Shown: one piece after another, positions 35,956-47,695 of the stretch
Layout: each line of letters begins with the position of its first letter
Position numbering within the stretch: position 1 is the stretch's first letter
DNA from: Octopus sinensis
Lineage: Eukaryota
Assembly: GCF_006345805.1 (NCBI RefSeq)
Contig: NC_043007.1
Coordinates: 21,452,001-21,516,000 of the forward strand
Length of the DNA stretch: 64,000 bases
Direction of reading: 5' to 3'
The notes under the pieces: model-generated
The model's database searches: none
Told to the model about the DNA's origin: nothing
What the model saw: only the letters and a program-made list of their open reading frames with translations
Position numbers and translations under genes: made by a program

Positions 35956-37483
35956 TAAAAATATTAAAATTTGCAGAATCATCTAACCCATGATATGACA
36001 GCATTTCAAGACGTAAACACTTATATAGAAAGGAACAGTTCTGAAATAGCACAAAGTCAAAAAGAAGATAAATAGATTGTGCCATCCTATCTAGTCCAAC
36101 CCAGCTCTGATAAACAAATAAGTAAAAACTTCGCTGGCTGTTGTTGAAGATAGAAATAAGATAAGATATGAAACATGAAGACCGTTGTATCAAACAACTG
36201 GCTGCTTTGTTTTCAACGTGGACAAAACAGTAACTTCTTTGGAAGACACCACCCTTTTGTAATCTTTTGCCTTTATTGGTTCTTTCAGTTTATAGAATTC
36301 TATCTTTGGTAGCACGAACTGCTGCTAGTCGGGACATGCAAAGTACTTCCTTGTTGTGCGCCTGATGGGTTAAAAGAAATTTCCTGTGCATCGTTTTAGA
36401 TAGTCAGTCTTGTCCATCTTTTATTATTATTATTATTATTTTTTTGCACTGGTGGGGTTGTCTTGACATTCTGCTATCTGGATGATAACATGTAGCACGA
36501 ACATGTTACATGTTATCTAGGCTAGTCAAAGGTGCAGGTGTGGATGTGAAGTTAAGGAGGTTGCTTACCAAGCACATGGTTTTGGGTTCAGTCCCACTAC
36601 GTGGTACCTTGGGTGAGTGTATTTTACTTTAGATGTCGGCTGATCAAAGCCATTTGAGTGGATTTGGTATATGGAAACTGAAAGAAGCCTGTTGTTTGTG
36701 TGTGTGTATGTATACACATACACACTCACACACACACATATATATGGGTTGGGCGGTTTGACTGAAGACTGGCAAGCCAGAAGGCTGTACTGAGCTCCAC
36801 TCTGATCTGGCAAAGCATCCAGCTGTAGAAACCTTGCCAGATCAGATTGGCGCCTGGTACAGCCTTCTGGCTTGCCAGTCCTCAGTCAAACCGTCCAACC
36901 CATGCCAGCATGGAAAGCGGACATTAAATGGACTAGGCTTTCGAAAAATAAGTCCCGCAGTTGATTTGTTTGATTTAAGGCAATACTCCAGCGTGGCCAG
37001 TCAAATGACTGAAACAAGTAAAAGAATGAAAGAATAATTCAAAGAGCAGATCCTTTTTCTTTTCTGTTTTCTGTTTCTCTACATTGAACCTTCCTGATTC
37101 CTTTTCTGTGGTAAACGTTTTTCAATCAAAGAATTAGCGTCACACCTTCCTGTTGTTCCCTTCCCCATGACCCTAAAAGTTACATTCTTCATGTTTAACC
37201 CTTTATCATTTAAACCAGCCATATCTGGTGAAAAAATATTCTACCTGTTTTATGTTCAGACTGGTCAGGTCTGGCCTTTCACACCTACCTACAATGTCAT
37301 TGTAAAAATAAACAGTCATATCAAATCTCAAAGCTGTGAAATAATGCATGATAAATTCAAAACAATGTGAATAAATAAGCATTTCATTTGACAGAATAAT
37401 TTGAATGTTAACGAGTTAATTAAGAAACCATTATTATTATTATCATAGTAGTAAACATATTTCATATATTTGTTATATTTCAG

Positions 37484-37564
37484 GAGGTGATACCCAGAGT
37501 AATTACAAGGCGAATTAAATTTTCTATCCCTGATTACTGCTGCAATTTTGTCAGTCTTTGCAAG
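37484..37564 (+). other. Candidate 81-nt internal exon of an unidentified gene
   Basis: Unique sequence bounded by TTTGTTATATTTCAG| and CAAG|GTATTA. Only frame 0 is open: EVIPRVITRRIKFSIPDYCCNFVSLCK. I recognise no homologue. Confidence 0.35.
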
Positions 37565-37744
37565 GTATTAATATTTTTCTTCTAATTCTTTTTTTAAAAA
37601 AAAAAAAAGGAATTTTTTTGTGTGTATTTTAATTTTAATATATTAAGGTAGTGGGGCTCTGAAAGGGGTCTCAGGGAGTAGTGTCCCTGCCATCCTGATC
37701 TAGTTTTCCACCACATTTCTTAAAAATTATGGCAGAGGTCTTGA

Positions 37745-37950
37745 TCTTGGGACCACTCATGTCTAGAAACTGAGGTTGGGGTAAGTAAGGGCATGCTCCC
37801 TGTAGAAAATCCAGCTCCAAAAGAGCCTCATGATAGCAAAGGAAGCCTTGGTCTTGGGACCACTCATGTTTAGAAACTGAGGTTGGGGCTAAGCAAGCGC
37901 ATGCTCTCTGTAGAAAATCCAGCTTCAAAGATGCCTCATGATAGCAAAGG
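37745..37950. repeat. Tandem duplication, unit about 105 bp
   Basis: TCTTGGGACCACTCATG..TAGAAACTGAGGTTGGGG...GCCTCATGATAGCAAAGGA occurs twice. Confidence 0.85.
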
Positions 37951-39794
37951 AGAATGGTCACCAGCCAGTCCAAAGGTTGGGGTGGTTTGCGCCTGCCTGC
38001 CTCAGTTGCTATGGCATCGAGGTAGATCCGGCCACCTCTGTTAATGAGGACAAAAACCTGGATTTAAAACACTGGATGATGATGATGAAGGTAAGGTGGT
38101 GAGCTGGTAGAATCGTTAACACACCAGACAAAATGCTTAAGAGCGTTTTGTTTGTCTTTACATTCTCCTGAAGTTGACATGGCTTTTCATCCCATTCAGG
38201 GGTTGATAGAATAAATACCATTTGAGCACTGATATACCCACAACAAAAAATTGCTGGCCTTGTGCCAAAACGTGAAACCATTATTATTATTATTATTATT
38301 GAGTGAGAGAGCAGTGCATGCCATCAAACTGACACTAGGGTAAAATATACGAAGCCCAGTATACCCATCATGACTACCCGTATGTGTGTGTGTGTATATG
38401 TTTGTGTGTGTGTGTTTGTCCCCCTAGCATTGCTTGACAACCGATGCTGGTGTGTTTACATCCCCATAACTTAGCGGTTTGGCAAAAGAGACTGATAGAA
38501 TAAGTACTAGGCTTACAAAGAATAAGTCCTGGGGTTGATTTGCTCGACTTAAGGCAGTACTCCAGCATGGCCACAGTCAAATGACTGAAACGAGTAAAAG
38601 AGTATATTTTTTATATTTTCGAATTGATAAACGATGTACATGTTCTGCCATTGGTTTGTTATTCTATTTAGAGCAAAAATGTTAGCTTGTGGTGTCAATG
38701 GAGTGTCAGCTTGCTGACACATGAGTCAATGGTTTGTATCCTGTCCACTATCAGGCTTCATGCCTGGAAAAAGGCATTTAGCTCTCACTAATTCAGACCA
38801 CCTAGCTTTATACGTGTGCCATGGAAGAGGCTACGGAACAGAGCTCTTTGTGGATGTAGAGATGTAATGTATAATTAATAAGCATTACAACAGTTTGCTG
38901 TGCAAAACTGAAATCATCATCATCGTTTAATATCCGCCTTCCATGCAGGCATGGGTTGGATGGTTTGACAGGAGCTGGTCAGCTGGAGCCTGAAGCAGAC
39001 TTCTGTGTCTGTTTTGGCAGGGTTTTTATGGCTGGATGCCCTTCCTAACACAAACCACTCTGCAGAGTGGACTCAGTACCCTTTATGTGGCGCAAGTACT
39101 GGCAAGGTCAGTTTGGCATGGATTTTACTGCTGGGTGCCCTTCCAAATGCTAACCACTTTACAGTGTGGACTGGATGCTTTTTAAGTGGGCCCCAGCACT
39201 AGCAGGGTCACCAAGTAACTTGAAATCTTACAAACCTGAAGAAAATTATAGAAAGATATTCTTGTGTTGTCTTCCTTGAGTTGCACTTACTGTAAAGATG
39301 TTTTCCAGATAATGAATAGGTCTTTATGTAGTGGCTGAACTAACTAGAAATAGCAATCAAATTTCCTATGCAGAGGGACTGAACCCAGAACCATGTGGTT
39401 GCAAAGCGAACTTCTTAACCACTTAACCACACAGCCTTGACTGTGTCTATATTTATTAAGCATTTTTTCTATTTTCATTTAAGAAAAATGGAAATTAGTA
39501 AAATAAAAAACTTGTGTCATTTTTATTCTTTAAATATAATTTTGCTTCGTTACTTGAATATTTTTCTTGTAAATCCAGATAAGAAATACCTAATAATCAT
39601 CAGGTGTTATCTGAAACACTTCATTATCATTCGATGGTTTTTCTATCATTTCATGGTGATTAGACCAAAATTTACTTCGCTAGATTTAGGTGAAAGTTCA
39701 TCAATTTATTTAAACTTTTTTTATAATTATAATGGCATTCTCTTTTTGTGTCCTTTGTATCTTTTTCTTTTCAGAAACACTGACGTTGATTTAT

Positions 39795-39888
<94 letters not shown>

Positions 39889-39958
39889 TTAGGGAGTATA
39901 ACTCCAAACTTACAGGGAAAAATTCAATTTAGTATTAAATCAAATTTCCCGGTATAAA

Positions 39959-40229
39959 TATATAAATTAGAGATAAAACCACTATTATGCAACTCAAACA
40001 TTGAAAAGATCTCAAAAAGTATAAAAATGAATGATCAATATATAATATATTAATTAAAAAATATATTATATTAATTAATATATTATATATTGATCATTCA
40101 TTTTTATACTTTTTGAGATCTAGTTATATGTTATATGTTTTATAAAAATATATATTATTTGTTATTTATGTATTGGTTTATGTCTATCAATGTTTGAGTT
40201 GCATAATAGTGGTTTTTTCTCTAATTTAT

Positions 40230-40292
<63 letters not shown>

Positions 40293-40532
40293 ATATCAAA
40301 CATTATCATTGAGTTAGAAAACAGAGAGATCTAATGGATATACAAATTGATTTATTAATTACTTAACATAATCACCTGCAATTGTTTCATTTCACAAACA
40401 AAATCACAATTGCGAAACATTAATTTTGTTTGTGAAATGAAACAATTGTAGGTAAATATGTTAAGTAATTGATAAATCAATTTGTATCCATTAGATCTCT
40501 CTCTGTTTTCTAACTCGATAATAACATTTGAT
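39959..40532. repeat. Cluster of long inverted repeats embedded in (TA)n
   Basis: Nested arms 39959-40004/40187-40232 and 40007-40057/40071-40121. Separate arms of about 110 bp at 40295-40404/40423-40532. Confidence 0.88.
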
Positions 40533-40969
40533 GAATTATGATGTTTTATATAATGTATTCATTGAAGAAATATCTCTTCAAAATACAATATATTAAACCA
40601 GTTATCTTGGATAAAATATCTCTATAAGAGGTTTAAATATCCTCATTGTGGCTATATATATATGTATACAACAATTGTTATTCACATGTGTATATCTTTC
40701 TGAGGAATTTTCTGATATTGATTTCCTATAATTAATAATAATATATTATTAAAAAAAATATACATATATATATAATCGCTCGTATTAAATATATAAATAC
40801 TTTAATAGTATTAATACTTTGATACAATCGAGCACTGAATATAAATTCAGTATATAATATTCTCATTGAATATATTTAACTAAAGATTTATATATATATG
40901 TGACCGTGTGTGTATTGTTGGCGATTTTTGTCCTCCGTCTTCCCTTCCTTGGATCTTTCCTTTTCCTAT

Positions 40970-41004
40970 GTTTCTGACGAAGAGCTCCGCTCGGAACGTT
41001 AAAT
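40970..41004 (+). ncRNA. Minimal hammerhead ribozyme motif within the solo pLTR at about 40898-41107
   Basis: GTTT-CTGACGA-A-GAGC-TCC-GCTC-GGAA-CG-TT-AAAT; one core substitution (GAAA to GGAA). Confidence 0.65.
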
Positions 41005-41190
41005 CCTCCTTCTTTCTTTCCTTTCCTGAGCATCCAATAACACTATACTTGTTCCATGTCTCGCGTTGTTGTGTTTTCTCTTTGTGTTTTTATGTTTGGT
41101 TTAACTTTATATACATATATATATATGTATGTATATACATATATATATATACGTACATGTTCAGGCCCCTCTCTCTCTCTCCTTCTCTCA

Positions 41191-41221
<31 letters not shown>

Positions 41222-42484
41222 ATATATATGTATATATATTATATGTTTTTTATATATATGATAAGGGTATTATCTCTGTAGACTGTACATCTTAACATTA
41301 TCTACAATGAAATCACAAACATGCATATTAGTAAACAGTGATTGGTGTGAATTTGTACTAGTTATATGTTATATTATATTTGCAATACTTACATTATCTA
41401 CATATACCTTCATATGCTGTGGCAAATCTGTTCACAACACTATCAGATCACAATAAATAGTTTGTTTTATACACTTAGATTTAATCAGAAGTATGTTCAC
41501 CAGTTTTAGTCAATATATTTGGCCAAGCCTTTTCGGAAGGACCAGTACAAATTATTAAACCTTATTAAAGGAATGAAATTTTAAGTTTATTGTTTTATTG
41601 TTTTACCTGTTTCCGTTATTTGACTGCGGCCATGCTGGAGCTTATTCGTTTAAACCTAGTACTTATTCTATTGGTCTCTTTTACCAAACCACTAAGTTAC
41701 GGGGACGTAACACCATCATGAGTTGTCAAACAAAGTTGGGGGGACAAACGGAGACACACACACATGCATATACATACATATATATACCTTGGGCAAGTGT
41801 CTTCTACTATAGCTTCAGGCCAACCAAAGCTTTGTTAGTGGATTTGGTAGACAGAAACTGAAAGAAGCCCATCGTATATATATATATATGCAAGTGTGTA
41901 TATATTTGTGTGTGTCCAACATCGCTTGACAACCAACGCTGGTATGTTTAAGTCCCCTTAACTTAGCGGTTCAGCTAAAGAAACCGATAGAATAAGTACT
42001 AGGCTTACAAAGAATAAGTCCGGGGGGGGGGCGGTGCTCCAGCATGGCCGCAGTCAAAATGACAGATACCAGTAAAAGAGTAAAAGAACTGGTTATATTT
42101 AAAATTAATTGAAAAAAAACACAGAGCATCTCAAAATAAGTAGAGCAATGAAAGGGTTAAATGGTGATGATGAGATAGATGGTGGTGATGATGATGATGA
42201 TGATGATGATGAGTGAGTAATAATCACATGCCAGTACTTCTCAAGACTGGTGTTAGAACTGGTAATGTCCATTCTTGGGTGTCATTCTTCTAGTGCATGT
42301 CTAGTTCAACATTCAGACTTTGGTTGGTCAAGAGGAAACAATTGAACTTCACTGTAGCCTAAGGTTTTGTGTACTTCTAAGACAATCCCAGTTAACCAGG
42401 ACTGTCCTGTGTTACAAATGTCAGGCAGTGACCCATGAAATAAATATGACCTACATTTCGAACACATTTTTGTGTGTTGTTTAA

Positions 42485-43345
42485 CCCTTTCGTTACTGTA
42501 TTTATTTTGAGATGCTCTGTGTTTCTTTCAATTACTTTAAATATAACAAAGAATTTAGTAAAATAAATTAGTCATTATTAAGCTAGTGTTAGGAACATAA
42601 ATTGTGACTAAGGTTTGGTGGAAGATTTTAATTTAAAACTTATTTAAACAAGACATTTGTACTCAGAGCCAGAGCTGGTTCCAGCCGGGTTGGTAACGAA
42701 AGGGTTAAATGCACCTCTACATTTAGGCAGATGCACATTAGAAGTACTTGGAAGGGTGTGGATTGAAGGAAATTTCGGCTATTATTTCTAGCATATAGTG
42801 ACCACATTGAGGTCTCTTCTTATATCTTCTGCTGATTCTTAACCCTTTCATTACTGTATTTATTTTGAGATGCTCTGTATATCTTTCAATTACTTTAAAT
42901 ATAACAAAGAATTTAGTAAAATAAATTAACTATCGTTCAACTAGTGTTAGGAACATAAATTGTGACTAAGGTTTGGTGGAAGATTTTAATTCAAAACTTA
43001 TGAAAACAAGACATTTGTACTCAGAGCCAGAGCCGGTTTCAGCCAGGTTGGTAGCGAAAGGGGTTAACCCTTTAGCATTCAGACAACTCTGTCAAATGCA
43101 ATGTTTATTTATTCACATTGTTTAACCCTTTCTTTGCCATATTTATTTTGAGATGCTCTGTGTTTCTTTCATTTACTTTAAATATAACAAAGAATTTAGT
43201 AAAATAACTTAGTTATCATTCAGCTAGTGTTAGGAACATAAATTGTGACTAAGGTTTGGTGGAAGATTTTAATTCAAAACTTATTTAAACAAGACATTTG
43301 TACTCAGAGCCAGAGCCAGTTTCAGCCAGGCTGGTAACGAAAGGG
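42485..43345 (+). mobile_element. Composite MITE D, spacer, MITE D (copy 2), followed by a MITE E fragment and a third MITE D
   Basis: D 42485-42704, spacer 42709-42838, D 42843-43063, E 43068-43121, D 43126-43345. Every junction is TTAA. Confidence 0.88.
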
Positions 43346-44321
43346 TTAATTATAGAATGGGATAAACAAAGAAAATACTATATCAAGCATAAACAGATTT
43401 GAACTTGGAAATATAAATCAATGAATCCCCAAAATTTGCATTTTCTTATTTTTCTTGTTGAGCCATAGGACTCATAAGGCCAGCTTCTCCCTTTCCATGG
43501 TGTGTAAGTGACCGAAATCCTATCGTTCTTCTGAATGACCAGTTCATTGGAAGATTCACAATCAGCGATTTTGAAAAAAGGGGACAAGTTGATGACATCA
43601 ACCCTCGCTAGTATTTGACTGCTACTGTGTTTTATCAACCCCGAATGGATGAAACATAAAGTTGACCTTCGTGGGGTTTGAACTCAGAATGTCTCAGAAT
43701 GTAAAGAGCCTGAACAAATACTGCTAAGCATTTTGCCTGATGTGCTAACAGTTCTATCCATTTGCCACTTTCTCTATCATTCAAATGTCCATAAAAATGA
43801 AAAAGAACCAAAAATCTTTCCAGCCCCTCTTGCCACCAATAACTCCCGTCCCTCTTATAAAACGCAGTTGATTACATCAACCCTAGTACTTGACTAGTGC
43901 TTATTTCAGCAACCCTCTATGCAATAATAGGTCTAAATATAAATTTTGGTTTATAAATATTCAAAAGAAAATGTAGAAAATAGAGATAATTTTATATATG
44001 TATGTATATATACACACATCTAAATTAGAAAAAAAACACCTTTTATCAATTCAATAATGAAAATTTAAGTTATACCATTTAGAAAAATTACATATCATAA
44101 AAAGATTAAATATAAGATAAAACATATAACGATGATTAAGTAATTTGCAAAATAATAAATAAAATGTATATAATTGGTAGAATGTGAAATTTGATTTAGT
44201 ATTTCTAAATTGAAAATTTCCCTTAAGTTTGGAATAATATTCCCTCATATTATATATAAATATATATATATATAATATATATATATATATGTGTGTGTGT
44301 ATATATGTGTATATATATATA

Positions 44322-44373
<52 letters not shown>

Positions 44374-44615
44374 TATACACATATATATGACAGGCTTCTA
44401 CACAGTTTCCATTTACCACATTCACTCATAAGGCATTGATTGACCCAGGGCTATACAAGATACTTGCCCAAGGTGTTACACTGTGGGACTGAACTCAAAA
44501 CCACATGGTTGCAAGGTGAGTTTCGTAACCACATGGCCATGCCTGCACCTATGCAGATTGAATAACTAAATGACTGAAGCAAGTTGTATTTTACACAAAC
44601 TGAACTTTACCCCAG

Positions 44616-44707
44616 ATTATCTTAATGCTAATCTGTGGAACTTGCAAGAAACTGCATCAAAAGGAATCTTTCAAGGAGTGTATATACTTAAGGAAACAAA
44701 CCGGCAG
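44616..44707 (+). other. Candidate 92-nt exon of an unidentified gene
   Basis: Bounded by ACTTTACCCCAG| and GGCAG|GTATGT. Two frames are open: IILMLICGTCKKLHQKESFKECIYLRKQTG or YLNANLWNLQETASKGIFQGVYILKETNRQ. Confidence 0.28.
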
Positions 44708-45164
44708 GTATGTACAGGTGCATTGTAGATCTGCTTAGAGAACCGGGATTAGAAGGAAAAGAAAGGATATTAGATCTGAGAAATGTGCTGGTCTTTCGTT
44801 AGTCTTGAGATGTTGTTTTAAAGAAATACATTTCAGATATGTTTTGCGTTCTTTTTTTTAAAAAAAAAACACTTTTTATTTTAAATAAAATAAATAAAAA
44901 GTGTTTTCTAAACTTAGTTGAATAACTTGCTTTAACAAATATGAATAATAATATTGGAATGTTGGAGAAGATCTTGTCTCTAATAACAATGGCTGAGCAG
45001 ATATAAAGACAAATCGTTCCTGTCTGAATGGTTGCTTTGATTTCTGTTGGATATTTTCAATAACAGTGCTTGTCTGTCACTTAAAGGTAAAAATGTTTTG
45101 TCATTTGTTGCTTGAAGAGCTATTTTCTTCCTGCTTTTTTGTGTGTGTCTGAAAGCGGTTCATA

Positions 45165-45727
45165 TCTCTTATATAAAATCCATTCTGTCTATCTGTGTGT
45201 GTTTGTGTGGCTTCTAGGATCTCGGGCATCCTCCATCCGATTGTGCTCAAATTTGATATGTAGATACCAACAGTATCAGGGTGTGTATAAGTCTTGAAAA
45301 AATTACAAAAATCGATTCCAGGTGAGAATGCGATCGATAAAGCCGTTTTTGTCCTGCTTTTCTTCCGTCAACCTGTACATAACTGCACCTTCCATTTTTT
45401 GTTGTTTTTGCACTGCTTAAAGGCACATTTCTTTCCTGCCAAGCTTACTATTTAAACCATGTTTGTGTTCTCCCAGTCAACAGCCTTATCATTACTGGTA
45501 CTTTAAACTCTTCGGTTGCATATTTGTGTGAATAAAATCGTTTTTCTTTGGAATAGAAAAAAAGTCTATCTTTATTTCTTCTTTTGCTGGTGTCTCAAAT
45601 TTAGGTTAAATCAGTGTTTGCTCAAAGGGGAGGCTTATGGGACGGTCGGACAAGTTGTTTTGAGAAAATTTGGTTTAAATGTTTGACAACTCAGCACAGT
45701 CCATTGGACGGGGGTGCGTTTTGCTCG
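45165..45727 (+). mobile_element. Non-autonomous Helitron-like element
   Basis: A|TCTCTTATATAAAA start with TCTG/TG repeats. The 3' hairpin GTCCATTGGAC precedes a CTCG|T end (a CTAG variant). Confidence 0.55.
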
Positions 45728-46423
45728 TATTAAAATAAATTGCTAGTATGCGAATAGTTTTCACTGAAAAAACCCCCCCAAAACTCTGATACAGAGAAGA
45801 AACATATTTGTCTTGTTGAGTTGATCTGAAATGTGAATTCAATGAGTTTTATTGGGGTTGTATATGTGTTGTTGGCAAAGGCTGTAATGATGGTCATTAA
45901 TGCAAATAAACTTAGTGGAGGTAATATTAAAAGTATATTAACATAATTGCTGCTTCATCTTGTCCTTAGCTCGAAATACTAAAGGAAGTCGGTCCAATGT
46001 CAGTTAGTAGCACTAGCTGAAGTTCATGGGCTAATTTTTTGCTGACTTCATGTTGAATTGCTGCAGAATAAGAAACTGGGTCGACCGCTCTAGCTTTAGG
46101 TCATCAGGTCAAGAGTGATAATTATTTTGAAGGTAATTAATTTTATATGTGAGATAATGTACAAGTCTTCACACACATCTGTGCACACACATATAGAAGA
46201 AGACTGTCTGAATTTTATATAACGTTTTTCCTTTCACTACCACCATAGCTACACGTCCCTACATTTTCTACAGCAACCGTAGGTGAAGTGCTTGAGTTGG
46301 CTACTTGAATTGTCTCACGACATCTCATTGGTTTACATTATACTTTTGAGTGGTGCAACCCTTTTTATTATTTATCCATTCTATTATTATTATTATTATT
46401 ATTATTATCATCATTATTATTAA

Positions 46424-46460
<37 letters not shown>

Positions 46461-46564
46461 TGTTAGCAGTACTCTAATTTAGGTTTTCTTTTGCTATTTT
46501 GAAGTATTTAGTCTGCTGAGCAGCCACACCCTTTTACTTAAAAGTGTTTCATTTCATTATGATT

Positions 46565-47070
46565 CACCATCCGAGTGTGATCGTCGACAGAGCGGCTAAC
46601 CGGCTCCCATGCCAGTGGCACATAAAACTGCACCATTCAAGTGTGATCGTTACCAGCATCGCTTTACTGGCATTTGAGCCCCGTGCTATTAGGATGCTAA
46701 GAGCACCATCTGAGCATGATCGTTGCCAGAGCGGCTAACTGGATTCTGTGCCAGTGGCTCGTAAAACGCACCATTCAAGCGTGATCGTTACCAGCGTCGC
46801 CTTACTGGCACTTGTGCCGGTGGCATGTGTAAAAAGATTCGAGCGAGGTCGTTGCCAGTACTGCCTGACTGGCCCCCGTGCCAGTGGCACATAAAAAGCA
46901 CCCACTACACTCTCGGAGTGGTTGGCATTAGGAAAGGTCTCCAGCTGTAGAAACTCTGCCAGATCAAGATTGGAGCCTGGTGTAGCCATCTGGTTCGCCA
47001 GTCCTCAGTCAAAATCATCCAACTCATGCTAGCATGGAAAGCAGACGTTAAACGATGATGATGATGATGA
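46565..47070 (+). mobile_element. 5'-truncated family C element flanked by 108-bp direct repeats
   Basis: Repeats at 46459-46566 and 47071-47178 abut the 5' truncation point and the (GAT)n tail. Confidence 0.88.
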
Positions 47071-47401
47071 TTTGTTAGCAGTACTCTAATTTAGGTTTTC
47101 TGTTGCTATTTTGAAGTATTTGGTCGGCTGATCAACCACGCCTTTTTACTTACAAGTGTTTCATTTCATTATGATTCATAAATAACTGTGATATCATATA
47201 AATGATCCTCTGTTATATCTGATATAAATTCCATTACCTACATGCTTACTTTGTGAATTCTTTCTTCAAAGATGCAAAAACAAAAATCCAAAAGAAAAAA
47301 AAAGAATGTGAAAAACGGACAAAATACCGCCAAGCATTTTGCCCAGTGTGCTAACGATTCTGCCAGCTCACCACCTCAATGTGAATAATTATAGCTTTTG
47401 T

Positions 47402-47695
47402 TTCGTTTTTGGATTTGGTTTGCAAGATTCTTTATATGAGTTCGTGTGTTGAAGCATATTCTGTTGTGTCTGGGGAGAGTCATTTTCTTTTAGTGCCTTA
47501 TTATTTAACACACTCACCGGTAAAATTTCCACTCATTTTTTTTTTTTTTTTTCTAAAGTCAAGTCTATTGAAAAGGTTGCAAGACGCAAAGAAAATTTTA
47601 GAAAATAAAAATAAGAAATAAGTGGAAATTTACCAGTGAGTGTGTTAAATAATAAGGCCCTAAAAGAGAATGACTCTCCCCAGACACAACAGAGA
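47402..47695. mobile_element. Second foldback element of the 35656 family, with a 12-bp TSD
   Basis: Arms 47461-47533 and 47621-47692. TATAGCTTTTGT at 47390-47401 and 47696-47707. Confidence 0.78.

Noticed and set aside
44718-44730. miR-33-like 5' match (GTGCATTGTAG)
   Set aside because: Only 11 nt match, and I see no precursor hairpin.
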